This document shows, one piece after another, positions 57,429 to 64,000 of a stretch of 64,000 bases of DNA. Source of the stretch: Eledone cirrhosa. Its lineage: Eukaryota. Location of the stretch: contig OZ024764.1 in NCBI GenBank assembly GCA_964016885.1, positions 18,290,001-18,354,000 on the forward strand. Reading direction: 5' to 3'. Position numbers and translations under genes: made by a program. A model generated the notes under the pieces. It was given only the letters and a program-made list of their open reading frames with translations, was not told the origin of the DNA and did not search any database. Positions within the stretch are counted from its first letter, which is position 1; each line of letters opens with the position of its first letter.

Positions 57429-57495
57429 CATGTTTGTCTATATTTATGTGTGTGTGTGTGTGTGTACATATATATGGTTGTGTATATATATATAT

Positions 57496-57695
57496 ATAGG
57501 AAAATATATGACCCCGACGGCAGAGCTCAAGCCGTTTCGACGGCTATTTCTAGACTGTCCAGAAATAGCCGTCGAAACGGCTTGAGCTCTGCCGTCGGGG
57601 TCATACTTTTTCCTATTACCCACTCTACTACCCTAAGTATTGAGTACCCTGGTGCGTTATGGTCCATCTGGTTCCTTACCACACTTCCTTCGTTA
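57496..57695. mobile_element. Near-perfect 121-bp palindrome plus unique arm; probable Penelope-like inverted pLTR remnant carrying the 3' half of a hammerhead
   Basis: 57507-57551 and 57561-57605 are exact 45-bp reverse complements. The element contains C-GAAAC-GGC...GCC-GTC-GGGGTCA and is flanked by TA repeats. Confidence 0.7.
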
Positions 57696-57703
57696 TATAT
57701 ATA

Positions 57704-57738
<35 letters not shown>

Positions 57739-57739
<1 letters not shown>

Positions 57740-57905
57740 ATCATCATCGTTTAATGTCCATCTTCCACGCTAGCATGGGTTAGACAGGTTTGTCCCATTC
57801 AGAGGTAAGTTGGGTCGAGTGACCGTGTCTCACTCATATAGGACCGTTTCTAGCAGGTTTTCTACGGCTGGATGTCCTTCCTAACGCCAACCACGTTTAC
57901 AGTGT

Positions 57906-57910
<5 letters not shown>
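57739..57910 (-). mobile_element. SINE 3'-part fragment with (GAT)n tail
   Basis: TTTCTACGGCTGGATGTCCTTCCTAACGCCAACCACGTTTACAG resembles the reverse complement of 49783-49827 and the fragment at 47118. Confidence 0.75.
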
Positions 57911-57945
<35 letters not shown>

Positions 57946-57982
57946 AAACCAAAGAAGCCTTCAATACATCAAAAGTCTTTAT

Positions 57983-58025
57983 TAGCCAACAATGTTTCGT
58001 CCTATTAAGGACTCATCAGGGCAAG
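57983..58025 (-). ncRNA. Minimal type I hammerhead ribozyme motif (Penelope-like retroelement type)
   Basis: The minus strand reads ttGCC-CTGATGA-GTCCT-taat-AGGAC-GAAAC-att-GTT-GGC-t-AATAAA. The catalytic core is intact, with a 5-bp stem II (G10.1-C11.1), minimal stem III, NUH = GUU, short stem I and a poly(A) signal right after. Confidence 0.75.
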
Positions 58026-58205
58026 TAAAGCTACAAGAAGCACTATCGGCCAATACAAGCCAAAAACTCAGAAGAATATGGAGTATACATCTATTAAAGC
58101 TTATAATTGTTCGGCTCTGTTTAATTACATTGAGCTATATCTTATACTGTCATTTCTGTAATATGAAGAGGGTGTTTAACTCCAACACACTCTAGTATTT
58201 TAATT

Positions 58206-58283
<78 letters not shown>

Positions 58284-58372
58284 TGTGCTGGTATGGAATT
58301 TTTTTCTCTCTCTCTTTCGTCTGCGACTTCACAAAACTTACGTTTACCGAATTCGTAGACCAGACCCCTTTA

Positions 58373-58425
58373 TCTTCTTCTTCTTCTTCTTCTTCTTCTT
58401 CTTCTTCTTCTTCTTCTTCTTCTTC
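58373..58425. repeat. (CTT)n microsatellite
   Basis: Directly visible. Confidence 0.97.
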
Positions 58426-58750
58426 CACTTCTCTCCTTTCTATCTCTCTTCCCCCCCCCCCCGTCAAACTTGGGCGAAATTCTTTCCTTGCTCACATTTC
58501 AACCAGGTTTGATGGTCTTTTGTCTCTTGTTCACGATTTCACAGAGTTTATATTCATAGAGATCTGGGACTTGTCTATTTCTTCTCACTTTCCCTTGCTT
58601 AAACTTTTTTGTTTGTTACCCTGGCGTCCCCTTTGTTTACGTGTCCCAACGACTTTTTTTAGCCGTTGTTCGCACCAACCTGAGGCATATGGCCCTTAAA
58701 GCGATGAAATGCCTGGGACGGTTGGAGGGTCACTGATGAAGGACTCACTT

Positions 58751-58753
<3 letters not shown>

Positions 58754-58788
<35 letters not shown>

Positions 58789-59290
58789 CTGTATATACGT
58801 ATGTTTGTTTTGGTCAATATCTATATATGTATGTATGTGTGTCTGTGTTTGAGTATTTGTTTGTGTGTATATATGTATGTGTGTATGTATGTATGTATGT
58901 GTGTGTATATGTGTGTGTGTATATATGTATGTTTGAGTATTTGTTTGTGTGTGTATATATGTATGTTTGAGTATTTGTTTGTGTATATTGTGTGTGTGTA
59001 TATATGTATGTGTGTGTGTGTATATGTATGTTTGAGTATTTGTTTGTGTATATATATGTGTATATATATATATATATGTATGTGTGTATATATGTATGTT
59101 TGAGTATTTGTTTGTGTATATATATGTATATATATATATATATGTGTGTGTATATATGTATGTTTGAGTATTTGTTTGTGTAAATATATATATATGTGTG
59201 TGTATATATGTATGTTTGTGTGTATATGTAAGTGTGTGTCTTGGTCTGTATGTATATATGTTTGTGAGTCTGCCAGTATGTATGTATGTG
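58754..59290. repeat. (TA)/(TG)-based minisatellite with recurring GTTTGAGTATTTGTTTGTGT
   Basis: The motif recurs about 6 times between dinucleotide runs. Confidence 0.9.
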
Positions 59291-59464
59291 CGTTTGTTTC
59301 CCTTCCTCTCTCTCTCCTTATGAAAAAAGGGGCTGTTCCAACCTAGAGAAGGAAAGGGCTCTGCCAGGTTTAAAATATACCTCAGACACTTCTCTGTCCT
59401 CATCAAGTGAAACAGTAATAACTTTTGTTTTATTAATTGTTTTTCTTTTCTTCTCAACTGTGCA

Positions 59465-59555
59465 AAGTACCAGTAATACACTGGGGCGATTTAATCAGCT
59501 TGCCTCCTCCTCCTCCCCAAATTGCTGGCCTTGTGTCTTAATTAGAAACTATTAA
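59465..59555 (+). mobile_element. Family-2 SINE 3' fragment
   Basis: AAGTACCAGTAATACACTGGGG.GATTTAATC...AAATTGCTGGCCTTGTG matches 49210-49300. Confidence 0.75.
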
Positions 59556-59594
59556 TTGCTTTTTTTTCTTTTTATGGTTTTTTTCTTTCATCAG

Positions 59595-60868
59595 CTGTTC
59601 TGGGGTGGCTGAGAAGACGTGAAGAAAAGGAGAGACAACGACAACAAGAAGAAGAAGAACGGCTGCGACAACAACAAGAAGAAGAACGGCTGCGACAACA
59701 ACAAGAAGAAGAACGGCTGCGACAACAACAAGAAGAAGAACGGCTGCGACAACAACAACAACTGCAACTACAGCGACAACAACAACAACTGCAACTACAG
59801 CAACAGCAACAGCAACTGCAACAACAACAGCAGCTACAGCAACAGCAACAACAACAGCAGCTACAGCTAAGACAATCCACCATGACGGACACCTCAGACC
59901 TTTGTCTCAGTAATTACTGCCAGAAAATGACAGGAAAAATTCCTGAAAACTGTGGAAATATCTTCGAGAAACCTGATGGAATCTTGCTGCAAAATAACAA
60001 CCATAGTATAGGTGGTAGTACTAGTGGTGTTAGTGGTGGTAGTATTGGTGTTGGTGGCAGTAGTCTTAGTGTTAATGGTGGTGGTGGTAACAACAACCAT
60101 AGTTTAGGTGGTAGTACTAGTGGTGTTGGTGGTGGTAGTCTTAGTGTTAATGGTGGTGGTAACAACAATCATAGTTTAGGTGGTAGTATTAGTGGTGTTA
60201 ATAACAGCAATCATAGTATAGGTGGTAGTGTTGGTGGTGGTAATAATAATAATTCTAGTAACAAAGTGTTCTGGGAGAGTTTTACTACTGGGAATGTGTT
60301 TCCACAACCACAACAACTACAGCCACCACTACAGCCACAACAACCACCACTACAACAACAACCTATACTAACTCTATCACAACAATCACTACAACAACTA
60401 CAACTACCACCACAACAACAACCTATACTAACTCTCCCACAACAACAACCACCACTACAACAACAACTACCACCACAAACACTACTACAGCATTCACTAT
60501 CCATGAAAGAACACAGTATTGGTAGTAGTAGTGGTAGTGGTAGTGGTGGTGGTGGTAGTAGTGGTGGTGGTGGTGGTGGTAGGACATCAGAAATGGAGTC
60601 GAGTGTTTTTGAGTTTGGTTCCCAGCGTGGGGGGCAGTGTAACCATAGCAACACCAACACCACCGCCACCAGCACCTCTTCATCCTCCCCCTGTCGTGGT
60701 GGTATTGGTGGCCCAGCTCCCACCTATACCTCGTCTGGGGTCACTCGTGTCACCCCAGATCCCTTCGAACCCCCGGTCAAACGTCTGAAGATGTCCTGTG
60801 AAAGGTTCACAGCCCTGTGGAATGTTAGCGTTGGTGACGGAGTGGTGAGTCGGAGGAGGTTGCCGAAG
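59595..60868 (+). CDS. MYO19: Myosin XIX-like exon D (end of IQ2, E/R/Q-rich helix, polyQ, G/S/N- and Q/P-rich tail)
   Basis: tttttctttcatcag|CT (phase 1) gives AVLGWLRRREEKERQRQ..., which runs without stops into ORF 59882..60913. The donor CCGAAG|gtcagt at 60868 is phase 0. Confidence 0.8.
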
Positions 60869-60894
60869 GTCAGTACTGTCTCTTGTCTTTTACC

Positions 60895-61315
60895 ATCACC
60901 ACCATCATCTTAACCATCACCACCATCGTCTTAACCATCACCACCATCATCTTAACCATCACCATCATCACGACTACCATCACCATCACCACCACCACCA
61001 TCACCACCATCATCACCATCACCATCATACCACCACCATCTTAACCATCACCACCACCACCACTACCATCACTACCACCACCATCATCACCACCACCACC
61101 ACCTACACCACCACCACCACCATACCACCACCACCACCATACCACCACTACCATCACCACCACCACTACACCACCATCACCACCACCACTACACCACCAT
61201 CACCACCACTACACCACCATCACCACTACACCACCATCACCACCACTACACCACCACCACCACCACCACCACCACTACACCACCATCACCACCACTACAC
61301 CACCACCACCACCAT
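60895..61315. repeat. Imperfect (CAC/CAT/TAC)n tract filling the last intron
   Basis: Directly visible. Confidence 0.95.
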
Positions 61316-61366
61316 GATGACTATTCTAAGACTCACCCCAGTTCTCTGTTTCTTCTTCCTCTCCAG

Positions 61367-61474
61367 TCAGGAATGCGTTTCCACACTAAACCCAGCCTCT
61401 TGAAGAACGCACATGTAGCGAACCAGAACGACCTCCAGTGTAGCATCACCGACATCTTACCTGACGCTTCATGA
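61367..61474 (+). CDS. MYO19: Myosin XIX-like terminal coding exon E
   Basis: A strong polypyrimidine acceptor ttcttcttcctctccag|TCA precedes SGMRFHTKPSLLKNAHVANQNDLQCSITDILPDAS*. The joined RRLPK-SGMRFHTKPSLL resembles the vertebrate MYO19 tail 'RALPQGSIKFHCRKSPL' as recalled. Confidence 0.8.
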   Translation, partial: SGMRFHTKPSLLKNAHVANQNDLQCSITDILPDAS

Positions 61475-61504
61475 AGCCACATGACAGCATGAGCTGTTCA
61501 CATC

Positions 61505-61890
61505 TCTTGTACCACATGGGATCACATGAACTCTTAATACACTGTACCACATGGGACCACGTTAACTGTTAATAACATGTACCACATGAACTCTTATCTT
61601 AATATCCTGTACCACATGGGACCACTTTAACTGTTAACACCTCTTGTACCACATGAGAGCATGTTAGTTCTTAATAACATGTACCACATGGGACCACATT
61701 AATAACTCTTGTACCACATGAGACCACGTCTGCTCTTAATAACATGTACTACATTAACTTTTAACACCCTGTACCACATGGGACTGTTAACTGTTATCAC
61801 ACTGTACCACATTAACTCTTTACCACATGGGGCCACTTTAATACACTGTTCCACATACGACCACATTAACTCTTAACACCCTGTACTACA
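61505..61890 (+). repeat. Degenerate 30-37-bp repeat with conserved TGTACCACAT core in the putative 3' UTR
   Basis: Nine exact and about four variant copies of TGTACCACAT, with variable linkers. Confidence 0.9.
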
Positions 61891-62302
61891 ACAATCTGTC
61901 CACCAGTAAAGATACTATAAACATTTAGTACAAAACAACACTATGACTACATCACATTAAATATTAAAGTCTTTACTGTAATACTGTAAATCTTTACAAC
62001 AATCTGTCTACCAGTAAAGATACTATAAACATTTAGTACAAAACAACACTATGACTACATCACATTAAATATTAAAGTCTTTATTGTAATACTGTAAATC
62101 TTTACAACAATCTGTCCACCAGTAAAGATACTATAAACATTTAGTACAAAACAACACTATGACTACATCACATTAAATATTAAAGTCTTTATTGTAATAC
62201 TGTAAATCTTTACAACAATCTGTCCATCAGTAAAGATACTATAAACATTTAGTACAAAACAACACTATGACTACATCACATTAAATATTAAAGTCTTTAC
62301 AA
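61887..62302. repeat. 108-bp tandem repeat (~3.8 nearly identical copies)
   Basis: AATCTGTC occurs at 61893, 62001, 62109 and 62217. Confidence 0.95.
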
Positions 62303-62645
62303 TATAAACATTTGAATTGACAAACGCGTTTTTCGATATTTTCTGCTGAATTATTCTGAAATTCTTTGTAAGAAATAGATATTTATCTCCCTTACGTTTC
62401 TGGTGTTTCATAATTCAACTAAGACAGGGACCCACTCAAGAAGCTGTGTGTATGTCTTTCACAAAGAAGGGACCCACTACATCAGAGAGTTCACAACTTG
62501 AGATAGATTCTAGCCCCTGGGTGGGGTTGCAGTGGTTGTGCGTAAATTTTAATTAATCAAGGATAAAATTTAATGATTTTTAGCTTTGTATAAATATTTT
62601 CTATTATAAGGAAGAACAGATTGATCGTTCATTTTGTTTTGAACT

Positions 62646-62775
62646 GTTGCAGCTCCACATTTGACAAGGGGGTTGCAGCTCCACATTTGACAAGGGGGTT
62701 GCAGCTCCACATTTGACAAGGGGGTTGCAGCTCCACATTTGACAATAAGGTTGCAGCTCCATATTTGACAAGGGA
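62646..62775. repeat. 26-bp tandem repeat (5 copies)
   Basis: GTTGCAGCTCCACATTTGACAAGGGG occurs at 62646, 62672, 62698, 62724 and 62750. Confidence 0.95.
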
Positions 62776-63174
62776 GTTATAACCTTGAAATATATTGGGT
62801 AAAATATTACTTTATCATTTGCCCTTTATACATAGTACCAGCTTTTTAAAACTTTTATTACATATCCCACAATGCTTAGAATTAACTATACTACTTTATA
62901 TATATATGTATGTATATTTTATATATATATTATATATATATAATATATTATATATATATATTATATTGTATATTATATATATATATTATATATATATAAT
63001 ATATATATATATTGTATATTATATATATTATATATTATATATTATATATAATATATTATATATTATATATATATATATTATACATTATATGTATATATAT
63101 TAATGGTTTCTGATTTAAATTGACCCCAATACATTACTGGTACTTTGTTTAATGGCAACAATAATAATTATAAT

Positions 63175-63380
63175 TTCTGATTTAGGCTTGAGGCCAACAA
63201 TTTTATGGGGAAAGGAATGTTGATTAAATCGACACCAGTGCATTACTGGTACTTGATTTCATTGACCACGTAAGAATGAAAAGTTAAACTAACCTCGACA
63301 AGATTTTGAACTCAGAACGTAAAGAAACATAACTATATGCTGTTAAAAGATGTCGTCCGACACTCTACCGATTTTGCCAA
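63175..63380 (-). mobile_element. Family-2 SINE copy (degenerate)
   Basis: Reverse complement of 49077-49300 motifs (GATTAAATCGAC.CCAGTGCATTACTGGTA; GAACTCAGAACGTAAAG; CTCTACCGATT). Confidence 0.78.
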
Positions 63381-63461
63381 TTATTGTGTAATAATAATTA
63401 TAATAATTTATTTATTTATAATAATAATTGTACATATCTTTTTTTCACTTTTAATAAAATT

Positions 63462-63554
<93 letters not shown>

Positions 63555-64000
63555 CAACAGAAACTCAAAACCTCCATCTCAATTTTACTTTTGAAAACCG
63601 TAAAAACTGCGAAACTGGTAAAGTAAATAAATAAATAAATATTCTTAAAAGATTCCAATTATATTTTCCTTATATGAATGTATGTATAGTATATTTGATA
63701 ATATACTGTATGTTTAATTAAAAACATGTTGAAGAACCATTCGCTATGAGTTTTAAAGTAGTGACTATGTCACTTACTTATTCTCGGCAAAAGCAAAGAA
63801 GAGTGATCCACAGACCTGTTTCTCGCTTGTTAGCACTTATCAAGACCACTCACTCCTTTGCTTCTGGCGAGAGTTATAGAAGCTGGATTCTTATAGAATT
63901 CCAATTTTTTTCCGACCTATATTATAACAATTGTTACTAAATTTTTCTGTCTGTCTGTCACATGAGCACTGCAATCTCAGAAAATATTGTTAAAATATTT

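Noticed and set aside
59572-59892. Cys-rich metallothionein- or keratin-associated-like ORF on the minus strand
   Set aside because: It is the antisense reading of the CAA/CAG polyQ region of exon D.
59882-60913. Independent 343-aa single-exon gene
   Set aside because: The frame is open upstream to the acceptor at 59595 and is phase-compatible with exon C and exon E, so it is part of the myosin tail.
61367-61370. Alternative acceptor at the second AG (ccag TCAG|GAATG)
   Set aside because: A 4-nt shift breaks the frame and loses the MYO19-like MRFH motif.
61505-61890. CRISPR-like repeat-spacer array in the 3' region
   Set aside because: The core is only 10-14 bp and the linkers are related to each other, which fits a degenerate minisatellite.

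Overview
Eukaryotic genomic DNA. The SINE types, microsatellite density and intron style suggest an octopus or other coleoid cephalopod; this is inferred, not confirmed by a search. Bases 1-46990 are one tandem array of a 50-bp unit (GAAGGTCTGGAGGTTTGTGGGTCTCTGTGA[G/A]GGTCTGTAGGTCTCTGTGT, roughly 950 copies, continuing off the left edge) with kb-scale higher-order duplications. The array appears to lie in an intron of a + strand unconventional myosin, most likely MYO19. Its last five coding exons (47296-47501, 50826-50959, 51768-51900, 59595-60868, 61367-61474) join in frame at GT-AG sites and encode the end of the motor/converter, IQ motifs, a charged helical/polyQ segment, a low-complexity tail and a MYO19-like C-terminus. 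The introns hold tRNA-derived SINEs, RTE and R4-like LINE fragments, a mariner remnant, Penelope-type hammerhead ribozyme motifs and many micro/minisatellites. Almost all ORFs in the supplied track, including the 8143-aa one, are repeat read-through. The most notable items are the giant intronic satellite with a stop-free antisense strand, a complete minimal hammerhead plus a palindromic half-hammerhead, a duplicated in-frame splice acceptor, and inverted repeats bracketing a frame-preserving exon pair.
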